DNA of 64,000 nt from Phoronis australis. Lineage: Eukaryota > Animalia > Phoronida. A program made the translations under genes and the position numbers. The notes under the pieces are model-generated. The model searched no databases, had not been told where the DNA came from, and worked only from the letters and a program-made list of their open reading frames with translations. Within the stretch, counting starts at the first letter, position 1, and each line of letters starts with the position of its first letter. The stretch lies in the NCBI GenBank assembly GCA_002633005.1, contig NMRA01000201.1, forward strand, positions 314,085 through 378,084, read 5' to 3'. Shown piece after piece: positions 41,201 through 52,100 of this stretch.

Positions 41201-44200
41201 TACTCAATATCGCTGCAGGGCTGCTTAGAGGCTCTGGGCTGGAGAAAACAGCACAGGGCGAATCACTACTGGTTCCAGGAATTGCACGCTCTGGGGTACG
41301 TTCGGAGGCACGGGTGACAGTAGATGAAGTGCCTCCACTGGCTCCAGTCACTGTACTGGCCACAGCTCGCGAGGCTTCTTGCTTCAAAAACGCACTTCTT
41401 GGGGGTGGCAACGGGGCACTGCCGGGAATCAACACAGATGGAATGGCATCCTTCTTCAGGCGTTGTTTCGCAGGGACCTTCATCAGTTCAGCGTACAAAT
41501 CCCTTTCGTATTCGGACGGCAGAAAGTGCTTGCCACACACTCGGTAATTCTCCACTGCTTTGTACGTTGCGTGGACGGATAACGCTGCGTTCTTCACACG
41601 AACGAGCCAAGTACGGCGAAGTGTGTCATCCATCGGAAAGCGATGCAAAGGTACTCCCAAAGCGCGTGTGAGCCGCTAATTAGTACATTCCGGTGCCCAG
41701 CAATAGTGTGGCATGTTGACTGACTAGTAAATGAAAGCAAACAACGACGGAACTTAACACAACTGAGGTAGAACAATGACTGACTCTGCAGCTCTCACAG
41801 TCACACTATATGAAAAGAAATTTGCGCGAAATGCCTGCCTCCTAAAACGTCACTTCCGCAGTAGTGGACGAGTAATTAATAAAATTACGAAAAGCTGTAA
41901 TTAAGTGGAAAATATGTCTAGGATAACCAACCAACCTTATTTTAGCTCAAAATGACATGGAAAAAGGTTGCCTTCGCCTTTAAGTTGTCAACACTGAATT
42001 CTTAACCGAAGCACACCCATCCAATCTTGAACTCCTGCTGAATAAGCCAGCAACTCTAGTTGCACACAATACATCATTTTCCAATGAGCAATTTTAGTGC
42101 TGGCCAGACCTAACAAACTCTGAAGTGTTTCTTTGAGTCGCTGATAGCATTTTTCAGTGTTCTTGTTGCTATCGGAAACATTATGAGAACAATTGCTGTT
42201 TTCAAACAGTTACACAGAGCAAAGTGTGACTCTAAATGCTGATTTTGAAAGTTCGAGGCAACAATTCAATTATACAACCAGACCTGAACAAAAAGAAGAG
42301 TTGTACTAAAAATTTAAGTTGTTCGAAAACAAAAATGTCACCAAAAACTTCAGCAAGCAAAACTGGTTTAGAGTCATTTGTTTTATAGCTATTTAAACAG
42401 ACACGGAAGAGATTTTAATCATGATATGGTCCAGCACGGCTTTATGACTGATCTTACCTCAACACACTTTGGTCTTCGGTTATTCCCGAACAAAATCTTT
42501 TGCAGATTGCGCTCCTCTTCCTTAGTTAAATCATTCAAGTCTATAAATGATACTTCCTGAAAATATAAACAGGGAGCCATCTTTAATTGGGGTCAAGCCA
42601 TTCACAGAACTGTGAGCCCTTTATATGGGACAAGGTGGCAAGTGTTCACAGTGACAAATTGTTACACAAAGGAGGGATAACACTCCTACTTCATGGTCAA
42701 TTTGCTTCAGGAGCTGGATAAAATAGAATGAACAAAAGCGCAGCACAAACTGGTTATTTGTGAGATGGAATACCACACAAAGACACTAGCACAATTAGAT
42801 TAACTGATCTACAAAGGTTTTATCAGAAATACGTAATTTCTACAGGTAATGCCTGATCCACATAAATCCAATTCATTGCCCCAAACGAACATCATGGATG
42901 ACTTAGCTTTAATAAGAAATGAAAACTAGACGACACTGCAAAATCGCGAAATTAAAAAATGCTGAACGATAATGATGATGATGAATGACAATGAAAAAAT
43001 ATACTACAAGAGCAACGCAGAGCGTTGAAATGCGCCCACAATTGCACCGTATATACGGTATCCTTCTAGGGTTGTTTATTAGTACCATAAAGTGGCCAGT
43101 AGAGGGCATATATGTAGTATGTTGTACTTTGCAAAATGGAAAGGCATGGTCATTGTCTCCTCAATAGGCTAGGTTTCAAAATGTGAGTGATCTTCATAAT
43201 ACAAGCACATCCTATGCATCAGTTGCTTAAAGCACCACACAAACATAGAATTAAAAACAAATTTACCAACATACGAGATTAGCACAGCATTAGAATGCCA
43301 GAAACAAATTTCTACTTGGAACTTTTCCTTCATAGTCACGAAGTAACACAAAGTATACACCTGAAGACCNNNNNNNNNNNNNNNNNNNNNNNNNNNNNNN
43401 NNNNNNNNNNNNNNNNNNNNNNNNNNNNNNNNNNNNNNNNNNNNNNNNNNNNNNNNNNNNNNNNNNNNNNNNNNNNNNNNNNNNNNNNNNNNNNNNNNNN
43501 NNNNNNNNNNNNNNNNNNNNNNNNNNNNNNNNNNNNNNNNNNNNNNNNNNNNNNNNNNNNNNNNNNNNNNNNNNNNNNNNNNNNNNNNNNNNNNNNNNNN
43601 NNNNNNNNNNNNNNNNNNNNNNNNNNNNNNNNNNNNNNNNNNNNNNNNNNNNNNNNNNNNNNNNNNNNNNNNNNNNNNNNNNNNNNNNNNNNNNNNNNNN
43701 NNNNNNNNNNNNNNNNNNNNNNNNNNNNNNNNNNNNNNNNNNNNNAGATTCTTATCTTTTTGTCGAACGCGACCACATACTGTAGACATTATCAGTGACT
43801 GCGCTACGCCAAGAATTGTACGTCTCTTGGCTTACCTCAAAATCCAACTGCTGCTTGGAGTTTTGGTAATTGGCCCAATTGCGTTGAACATACAGCATAA
43901 TTAATGAAAAGCATAACATGGCTACTTTATGGTACAAAAGTTTTAGGTTGTAATAAGTCACATTTCTTGTCCGATTTTCAAAATTCAAAAGCCAAATCGC
44001 GTGTAGTTTTGACAAACTATTCAAATACGATATTTAAAAACTTTCAAAGCGACAATTTTAAAAATACTATTGTCCCACCAAGTGTGTTTATGATGGTCTG
44101 ATTATTTGATGACGATACCGGGTACCGTCAGCAACATGAGGAGATGTAATTAATCAAAACCGCAACTTTGGAGCCTAATTAATGCGGCAAATTTCGAGGA

Positions 44201-45139
44201 ATGCAAACTGGTCGATGGGCCCAATCTCCGTGGACCCTGCGGTGGCTATTTCAACGTAGAATTCTTATCCTGGCATTTTTCACTCTCAAGATTTTTCGCA
44301 CGAGCTAATTAGCCTGTTCCAGTGCGTAATAATGCAGTATGCGAAAACAACCGCCGTTGTTACTTTCGCTGGGAAGAAGACCAATTATCGCGTTTCCCGG
44401 TTTACTGACCATCCAGTTTTTTGGGTTTTTTTTTTGTTTTTTTTTTTTGGCTGACGGGTTGTAGAATTGTTCAGTAGAGGACTTAATTAAGACACCCAGT
44501 CTAATTTAGAAAGTCGACACAAAATCACACGGAGGGACGAAGGTATTATAGAAAGCTTCTATGGAAAAGTCGCGCTATACCTACCCTAGAGGTAATCGAC
44601 CTCACAGAGAGTAGTGCTGTACTCGTGGTTCATTGACGAAAAAGGTATCAAAATGGATCATGATCCGATTGACAGAAACGTATCAAAGCCAGTCTAATGG
44701 CGGAAAATTGAATCGCGGGTGCGGCCCCGAGAAATTAACGCCTGAAACCGCGAGTGTCGACCAAATCGCCCAACTTGCTAAAAATGGCAAAGACAAGGAT
44801 TCAGCAACCTGAAGAGTTATGTCTTTCCACCAATATAAAACTAGCTACTGTAGAACTCTCTTGTTTACCCTTTAATTTTAGAGCTACCGGCAGATAGGTA
44901 GGCTAATTTCACGGGCGGCGCAGCACTGAAAAAGTGGTTGGCTTGAGCCCCCTCAGCCCCCTGTGGTGCATCGCCTGTAGACCATGTGCTCCCGGCCGCG
45001 GTGTAGCGGCGCCGGGGGCTGAAAAAAGTGGGGCCTCGGAGGCTACAGCCGCCCCAGCCCCCTATGGTGCGCCGCCCACTGTATATAGCATATAAGTGGG
45101 AAAAGGCTAACCTCCACGTACGTGCATGGGGCATGCCAT
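29037..45139 (-). CDS. USP10: Ubiquitin carboxyl-terminal hydrolase 10 (USP10/Ubp3 family), 12 coding exons, about 968 aa
   Basis: Exons 45139-45122 (tentative), 42556-42458, 39515-37913, 37367-37276, 36504-36401, 35883-35742, 33830-33728, 32662-32535, 31754-31629, 30819-30727, 30331-30187, 29290-29037. All have GT-AG boundaries with compatible phases. Motifs: Cys box [59 protein letters not shown], His box [34 protein letters not shown]10-type N-terminal motifs KKRRPPGYY and SWAGLF are present. Confidence 0.93.
29330..29470. repeat. 52-bp tandem repeat x about 2.7
   Basis: Units start at 29330, 29382 and 29434. Confidence 0.9.
29669..29736. repeat. 9-bp tandem repeat (GGTGAGTGA)n
   Basis: About 7 units. 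Confidence 0.9.
30187..30331 (-). CDS. USP10: USP10 exon 11 ([25 protein letters not shown])
   Basis: USP LPxxLxxHLKRF box. Confidence 0.93.
30469..30656. repeat. Degenerate palindrome (MITE remnant) in USP10 intron 10
   Basis: AACAGCTTAT...TTTTGGGCCTCAAAA / TTTTGAGGCCCAAAA...ATAAGCTGTT symmetry. Confidence 0.7.
30727..30819 (-). CDS. USP10: USP10 exon 10 ([18 protein letters not shown]...)
   Basis: 93 nt, GTAAG donor. Confidence 0.92.
31629..31754 (-). CDS. USP10: USP10 exon 9 ([13 protein letters not shown]...LQLDIQ)
   Basis: Conserved USP10 motif; 126 nt, phase 0 at both ends. Confidence 0.93.
32535..32662 (-). CDS. USP10: USP10 exon 8 (...[18 protein letters not shown])
   Basis: EWxxVGPKNK motif typical of USP10. 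Confidence 0.92.
33728..33830 (-). CDS. USP10: USP10 exon 7 ([22 protein letters not shown])
   Basis: USP QQD-box equivalent; splice sites fit. Confidence 0.93.
34654..34861. mobile_element. Short insertion: 53-bp inverted repeat enclosing a tRNA/SINE-like fragment, flanked by a 12-bp direct repeat
   Basis: Arms 34654-34706 and 34775-34827; TAGAATAAAATT at 34644-55 and 34862-73. Confidence 0.65.
34934..35360. mobile_element. MITE with TIR CAGGGATATTCCTG
   Basis: 14-bp perfect TIR; flanks CGTTT / TGTTT may be a decayed 5-bp TSD. Confidence 0.65.
35742..35883 (-). CDS. USP10: USP10 exon 6 (QFVAEF...[13 protein letters not shown]...SFK)
   Basis: Phase-compatible open exon with the FEPxYVY motif. 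Confidence 0.9.
36401..36504 (-). CDS. USP10: USP10 exon 5 ([18 protein letters not shown]...STPIVYSL)
   Basis: Continues the Cys box; GTAAGT donor. Confidence 0.92.
36505..37275 (-). other. U12-type (minor spliceosome) GT-AG intron
   Basis: 5' splice site GTATCCTTT; branch sequence TCCTTAAT at 36523-36516, about 12 nt from the AG. Confidence 0.88.
36635..36856. mobile_element. Harbinger-like MITE inside the U12 intron
   Basis: TIRs GGGGCCTGTTCCAAGACAACTGACTTA / TAAGTCAGTTTCTTGGAACGGGCCCC. Confidence 0.7.
37276..37367 (-). CDS. USP10: USP10 exon 4, catalytic Cys box
   Basis: [16 protein letters not shown]; the donor is GTATCCTTT (U12 type). Confidence 0.93.
37913..39515 (-). CDS. USP10: USP10 exon 3, large low-complexity N-terminal region
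   Basis: Lies within ORF 37875..39566. TTTCAG acceptor, A|GTATGT donor. Contains KKRRPPGYY and [10 protein letters not shown]. Confidence 0.9.
40373..40645 (+). pseudogene. KolX / P2X7 ballast-like (nanor-like) Cys-rich protein, N-terminal fragment
   Basis: YMFEPE...[27 protein letters not shown] matches the WCxCxxCxxM...ECxCCxE pattern; truncated at the deletion junction. Confidence 0.78.
40646..41714 (-). pseudogene. THAP-domain transposase remnant
   Basis: [12 protein letters not shown]...LHRFP...W...VCGKHF...AIPS is a C2CH THAP domain. It is followed by a CxxC...CxxGH...W zinc-like motif and [13 protein letters not shown]. Lesions: in-frame TAG at codon 13, frameshift in the A8 run 40840-40847, truncation near 40646. 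Confidence 0.85.
42458..42556 (-). CDS. USP10: USP10 exon 2 ([33 protein letters not shown])
   Basis: TATTTTCAG acceptor, GAG|GTAAG donor, 99 nt open. Joins the next exon to read VE-FPWD. Confidence 0.8.
43006..43369 (+). mobile_element. Second copy (5' part) of the HINE-like element, running into a gap
   Basis: Highly similar to 21255-21627. Confidence 0.75.
44909..45081. mobile_element. Short GC-rich MITE-like element
   Basis: GGGCGGCGCA...TGCGCCGCCC inverted ends; a related remnant lies at 49661-49730. Confidence 0.5.
45122..45139 (-). CDS. USP10: USP10 candidate first coding exon (MACPMH)
   Basis: ATG followed by 6 codons and a phase-0 donor CAC|GTACGT, compatible with the next exon. 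Lies next to a CpG-rich region. A short first coding exon matches vertebrate USP10 (MALHSPQ). Confidence 0.5.
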
Positions 45140-45856
45140 AGCTATGATCACCATCAACTTATGATGTCAGACTCCCCCTGGCTGTTCTCAGTATTGCACA
45201 ATTCATTTTGACTAAGCACTGTCGTGAAAACGGGATATTCGCAGTAGATTTGCGTAAACCAAAAAGTAAAGGGGGAAGAAACCGCGTGGCTTGCTGGACT
45301 ATACGCCCTACGACGTGACCCCGTGGTCGGGTGGGCCCGGAGTCTTTCGCGCGACTTGACAGCCCACTTTTTAGTCAACCAGGATCCGTCCCTGAGCGCA
45401 AGATGATTAGCTTCGGTCCGGCCCACAGCGTTGTGAATTTTCTGTAACCAGTTTTGACAAGGCGTCTTGCGTAGTCACACACAGATAAGCCACGACCTTT
45501 TGTACTGCACACTGAATACCCAGGCCACTGAACGAGACTGCCTTGTTTGTTCTGCACAATAAGGGTTTCCTGGTTTTCGCGTGGGTCTATACCTTTCACC
45601 ACACGTACATCATCGGTTCCGCTTAACTACAGCAGTCTAGCGGCTCAGTGAACAGGCTAGTCCAGTGATCTTCTGCTCCAAATTCGACGGGTTATACAGG
45701 TATTTGCAGTGCGATCCGTCCATTGAGTCAGTGTTATGACCCAGTAGATTTGGGATCGCCAAGACGATGGAACTCTATTAATAATTGCCGCAGCTGAGGA
45801 TTTCTATACTTGTGCCGGGTGACGACCATTGTCCTCTCTGACCTGACTAACAAAAC
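45140..45856. promoter_or_regulatory. Probable bidirectional promoter and 5'UTRs between USP10 and the tetraspanin
   Basis: Head-to-head start codons about 720 bp apart; locally CpG-rich. Depends on the tentative USP10 first exon. Confidence 0.55.
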
Positions 45857-45934
45857 ATGGGTACAGTTGATGAGAAACAGACGCGTTGTTCGTGCACCAA
45901 GGCTCTACTGATGTTTTTCACCGTCATTTTTTGG
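45857..45934 (+). CDS. Tetraspanin exon 1 (MGTVDEKQTRCSCTKALLMFFTVIFW)
   Basis: AAACATGG start context, TGG|GTAAGT donor, typical tetraspanin N-terminus. Confidence 0.85.
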
Positions 45935-48900
45935 GTAAGTTGTCGGCATGTGAATTATGTATCTACTGAGTCTGGCATTCAAAATTAAATGATGTATAAT
46001 TTACGACGGTGATCATATACGTGGGTGTTAGCACGCGGACCCAACTTCGAATACTCAGGTAGGTGGTTTTGTGTCTCAGATTTTGCCATTACCCAGACAG
46101 TATCTGACTCTAAAGTGATACATTTGACTTGGTACGTGAATGTCTCGTTTGTCGTGGAAATCTCATGTCGGTTTTCGGTGCACACTCTTCGTCTTTTAGT
46201 GTAATCCTTGTGGTTCTGTCGTACAGAGAGACCAGTAAACATAGGCCTAGCTACAGGTATTAATCCCGTTCAACTATCATAAAGTGTTTAATGGCCCGCT
46301 GGTAAAGGCTGTAGCTATTCGGGCCTATATTCAGAACATGTGTGAATACTGATCGTCGGAGAACTGTGGCATGTACTTCGGGGTATGAACTTTCAGTTAC
46401 ACCCCTATAGTTGGCTGCGGAACAACTATTTCTTGTATAACTCATCATTTCAACTGAGTTGCGTAAGATAAAGAGGGCTATTTTAGAAAGGGCATTAACA
46501 CAGGCCAGTACACTACTGCGTGTACTCAAAGCTGGTGGTGCACGGCGCTATTTGACGGTTCTGAGCCGAGTTCAAGATCCATCCTGAGCCATTGTTGACA
46601 AACTTTGTCCATGGTTTTAATCTTGAGCCATCTTAGAAAAGCCCTGAGCAGTGTTTAAAATCTTGAACAATTTAAAAAGCCGGCTAGGCTTTGTTCAAAA
46701 TTTCGAGCCATGTTTGAATAGTTTGAGCTGACATAATCCTAGGTGCATGGTTTCATAAACATGTATCTATGTTATGTGCTCCTCAAATAGAAATCGAAAA
46801 TCAACTACTTTCCGTGAACTCGTGTATATGATTGTGCATCATACAAAATAGTCAGTCATGCTTAACCACTGTCTGTTTGCAAAAGCTGAGTGCTCAATCA
46901 TTGACAGCTAGGCTAACATTATCAGAAAATCCACTTGTAAATCACTGCCAAAGTCTCACGAGCTGAGCCAAGTGTTGTGTACATTCTCAGTTCACGTCTT
47001 ACATGCGGAATAAACGTTCGGCGAACGCTGTACGCAGGTGTGTATTTTTACCGAAGCAAGTGTTGACACAAGTTTGTCGCGTGAAATGACGCTCAAGCAT
47101 CACCCATAACAAATCGAATCTAGGTTCATAGAATTGAGGCAGACAAATGACAGGGAGTATTTTCTCTGCAAAGTAGTGATTCAATGTTGTCTGAAATTTA
47201 TAAAATATTTAGAGTGATCTTGACTCGGCAGGGCTCGACATATCGAGCTGCAGGTCGCAATAGTGACCTGAAATTTGGAAATGCGAGCTGAGATTTTTGC
47301 CAGCTCGTATCAAGTCGCAAAATGAGAACTGGCATTTCTAATGTATGCGAGCTGAGTTTTCGCACTTCGCGGCAGATACCCGGCAAATATCAAGCAATTC
47401 GTGTAAATCCGACCGATATTTGGTTGTTGCCAAATCCAGTTCAAAAGAACACTAACCGAGAACAGCCCACCTATGACTTGTCAAGTGAACCCTTGTCGCG
47501 TGAACTGACTTTGGATAATGCAGAATCGAGCTTCGGACGCGTTTCATTGGCTAACAATTTCGGCTACTTATGCAAAATTCCGGGTGTGCCGAAGAAAGTT
47601 TGGGACCACGGCAAAACGTGATAAAACGCCACAAAACAGCGGTGATTTTACTTATTCTATTTATTTTTCTATTTATTGTCAAATATCCACGACAATTCCA
47701 TGATTTTATACTCTGCGACACTGGTCGATCCCGTTGTTTGCGCACAAGCGGTCCAGCGGCAGACGATCGTGCTTTGGAAATGTGCGCCTCAGCGTCTCGC
47801 ATTTTTAGTGCAAAAGACTTCAAACGTAAAAATGGCCTCCCTATTTATCGTCACACGACAGCCTTGTTCCTCGGGTCGATATTCTATGTCTGTAAACAGC
47901 TATTCGGCAACTAAATCTGGAAAAGCGAAATTGTGGATAGCGAACTTTTTTTTCTTCTCTTCATACGCTCTCTCCCAATTTTTCGTTCTCCGGAACACGT
48001 AGTAAAATCAATTTTCAAACTCCAACAGAAAGAATTTTGTTCCGGCTGAAGCGGGCAATGAAAAACAAAATTATTGTGAGTGGCTAAAAAGGGTACAGTG
48101 TAGGTAGTAACGATAGCCAGAAAGTCATCCCTACTAGATAGAGTTCGCCACGCAAAATCGTATTATAATAACATTTGTTACTATTGCAGTCTTTCAGTAT
48201 CTTATTACCGCAAACACTCAGGTTAACAACTGTGCTCCGCCGCATGCGCCTACTCCCTACCTTAGAAGTGTTTCATAGTAAGCGCTCACTGCACCTAAGC
48301 GTTCCCGCTCATCTTTGAGTTTTTCAAATTAAGCACCCACAGTTCTGACTAGCTCCCATCATAGGGCACTACAAACGACCGTGCGCGTTGTTTGAAATTA
48401 ACACGCAGCCTACTGGTGAGTTACTCTCATTTTACACAACAAAAAATTCAGTTTTCAAAAATCGTCTTTTCTCAATATGTTAAAACCAAACCCCAACGTT
48501 TTTATATCTTCGACTGGTGACCTGCGTGTCGTTTTGTGACTGACCTATTTTCCCGTGTTTTGACTCGTAAACATGGCGGGAAACTTTTGCGACCTGGCAT
48601 GTATGAATGTGATCTGGATTTTGAAAATGCGACTTGGGATTTTGGGTTGGTCGCATAATGCGGCCTGGCGATTTTCATAACGTCGAGCCCTGCTAGGCCA
48701 CTTTGGCTAAATGTGTATCTGACTTCTCGTTATCTTTTCGTGCTCGTCTTTAATTAATGCGCGCTCGAACGAGCCCCCCGTTTGGCGAAGTGGGCAAAAA
48801 GGTCCGCCTCAGAGGAACAAAAACTTGGAAAAAAGTAGACAACGAAATAAAAGTCCTCTAAAAAGTCAGGAACTATCAAAATTCGTCTCTGTACGTACCC

Positions 48901-49068
48901 TGTGAATCCTAGTAAAAGGACAACATTTTCTCAAAAATTCGAGCCCCCCTTTTTAGGCTGGGTGCACGCATTTAATTTTCATTGGACAGCGCAACGATTT
49001 TGTCATCAGATAATACGTAATCGGTCTGTTAAACCGCGGTCTTGGAATTTTCTCGCCCCTATAAGCTT

Positions 49069-49106
<38 letters not shown>

Positions 49107-52100
49107 GTGTTTGTGTGTGTGTGTCTGTTTCATTTTTCGTGCATAAGGTTATTATTTATTCGTGGAATTTCTTATCGTGTTTCAGGATTCATCACCGTTA
49201 AATTAAATCTATAATGACGCGAGTTTTGTCCCAAGTCCATGACCATCTTAAACCAGACTTACTGATATCTGCAGTACGCACAGCAGATTCCCTGTTGAAT
49301 ACAGGCGCAGGAGGTTGAAAATGTTTCACGACCGGAGGTCATTGTTATATGTTTTCGACAAACCTTCCCTCCGAAAAACCGTCCATTCGTGTTTTAGGTC
49401 CTTAGTCCTGGGAGTCAAGTAATCCGTCTTGTCGAAGAGAAAAAAATGTACACTTCAGTCGGCCAAAAATACATGTATATACGTTGTTTATTTTGAAAAC
49501 ATCGGTGGTATGCTTAGTTGCTCATATTCGGAGAATCTTCGATTGAACCGATCATTACGAATAGTTTTGTTTGGAGAGAGAGGAAGCGAAAGAGAGGCAT
49601 ACGGTTATTAACTTGCTGAAGGATTTGTAGAGCGCGATAAATGAATCAAACATTATGGTCACATGGGCGGCTCACCATAGGGGGCTGGGGGCTGTAGCCT
49701 TCCACTTTTTTCAGTGCTGCGCCGCCCATGTTATCACGTATACAAGCCGCAGATCTTCGAAGGCAGCTGCCCTGTCACTGAAGACCGCCCACCTAAAGGT
49801 TTTTCTGTAAGAATTGTAGAAAAGCTGGCGTTCAAAATTGAGATGCCATTGAAATACTGTTACCTTAGCTTGCCCATCCCAGTGCTCACAAAACCCTTGA
49901 ATTGGTTCCTGGTGCACGCACTAACAATAGCCAGAGGGCTTGCGAAGGAGGAAGGCGAAACTAAAGCAACAAATGCTCCCACGGTAGATGAACTTGGGCG
50001 GGTATTCTGAAGATATTGTTTCTGATGGGCAAATCGTCTCGGGAGGGTATTTTGGCTTTGTCGTATTGAAGCTAGGAGCCGCTAAATTGGTTCCTAGATT
50101 GAGGGTATCACAATAGTGGGTAAACGAATACAAGTTGGGTAGGATGTGTCGATAGTGAAGGTGGCATTGTCTCGAGTACGATTTGACTTCTTATGGGATA
50201 TAGTCTCTATAGCTTTCCCCTACCCAGCTGCGCCCGCTATAACTTTTCAGGTTCTGTAGAAAATAACCTCCGGGTACGCGCCGAACAATTTGGTCGCTAC
50301 AAAGGCACAAAATGAGTGTGTTCGTATGTAAGGTAGTTGAACATTAGTTTGAATAATGTCGTGGATTTGGACACACAGTGCCGAAGCATGCTGTGAGCCG
50401 ATTTTTCGAAAGTAGTTTGAAATAAAGTGTAGACGTTCATGTATTGATCATGTGATTGGTGAAGACCTCTGGTGTATAACAAAATACTCAAAACACGAGG
50501 AAAATCATACGTTATGGATTTTGTAGCCTACCTATACAGTGTACCCCAACCACCTACATAACAATGAATGCATGTTATGAAAAGTATTGCATATTTAACG
50601 CCATTCTGGTGAAAGTTTGCTGCTAGTTTATGAACTAATTTGTTACCACAACATTGCTCCAAACTGATTGGCTAGCAAAACTCTTTAAAGTTTTATTTTC
50701 TTGCAACTGAATTTTATGTAAAAATCGCAGTTTCTGTCATAGTTTTGATGTGTTTATCGTCTGGTTTGCAAAATTTTGTTATTGTCAAATCGCAGAAATT
50801 GAATTTTAAAAGCAAGCCATTGCTGTAGAGAACTTACGTAGCGACGCTGTTGTACCAGATCACCAGTGGCGTTGCAAAAAGGACTGTCGGAAGGTCCGAC
50901 CCAGGCGGAACCGCAACAGGGCCGGGATAGCAGAGGAGGGGGGGGGGGGTGGGTAAAATCGTTGGCGACGGCAGAGGGGCACAAAATCGTTGACGACTGG
51001 GAGGATCGAGTTGCGGCGGCGCAAGATTTGTGGCTAGCGGAAGTGAAAGGTGGCACCGCTTGTTTCCGTCCGTCCCATTGGTTAATCCTTACGTGCGTCA
51101 ATGCACGTCGCTCTTATCTTAAACCTGACATTCCCACCCTTTCTGCACCCCCTTCCTGAGTGGATCCTCTGTTAATAACAAAAAGGTCCAGTTGTAAACT
51201 ATGGATATTAACCGGATAAATCGTTGCAGGTCATCTCATGCGTCATCATTGTCCTTGCGCTCCTTATGATTTTCGAAGATGGTGTGAAGATGTTTGTGAA
51301 AGCCATTACTGGAGACAACGTCGTGTACACGGACGCGTTAACGTACGGGCTGCTAGCTTTGGGCATTTTGCAGTTCTTGGTGACGTACATAGGCTGTTAC
51401 GGCAGCATGAGTGAACGGAAGTCGCTTCTAGGCTTAGTAAGTTGTTAACTGTTTCACCAAGGAATGTGACGTTGAAACTCGTAAAGTTTATTAAAGAAAA
51501 TTAATTTAGAGCTAATTTGACACAAGAAAATTTCGATTTCGCTGCGATATTTTGGCATTTTCCAAGTAACAGATAAAATTTTAGAAGTGTTGAATAAGCT
51601 ACTTGTGGTGCTGTTTTTCATGAATACGTACGAAATCTTCTCTTGACCTTGAAAAGAGTTTTGATTATACGTTAAAATTTTACTCTAACTTTTGTCAGGT
51701 GTAACCATTATTGCAAAGATACACCTTTTCCTCTGCATTTAGTTAGACATTTCATGAATGGATTTTACCGCAATTTAGTTGAGTTGAATCTTTTAAGTTC
51801 AAAAAATACTCATTCAACACAACTCTTCGTGGTCAAATTTAACTGAATTTGATACGAATTTATATTTGATTTTTATTGATTTTGCTGCACCACCAGAAAA
51901 TGACCGCTGTAGTGAATGATAGATGACTTGTATATTATGATTACTCACTCAATTGCCGCCTTATGTGGTTTCTGCGCCGAGAAACCCGTCCAACTTTTCA
52001 AAAATATTTCAAATAATAATAATAAACTAAAACAAACTCAAAAAGGGCTGAAAGTTACAAGATGTTAATATTTTACTGATGTCTTTCGAGTGACGAAACG

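Larger units (their letters stand above)
40039..41979 (-). mobile_element. Kolobok-type DNA transposon, internally deleted, in USP10 intron 2
   Basis: TTAA on both sides (40035-38, 41980-83). AGG...CCT termini. About 150-bp TIRs, the first ~109 bp identical. Convergent THAP-transposase and KolX-like remnants inside. Confidence 0.88.

Noticed and set aside
21644-43798. ORFs spanning the two N gaps
   Set aside because: Artefacts of translating N runs.
48573-48680. Alternative tetraspanin start (ATGGCGGGAAAC...)
   Set aside because: No suitable in-frame donor; the exon at 45857 fits the family much better.
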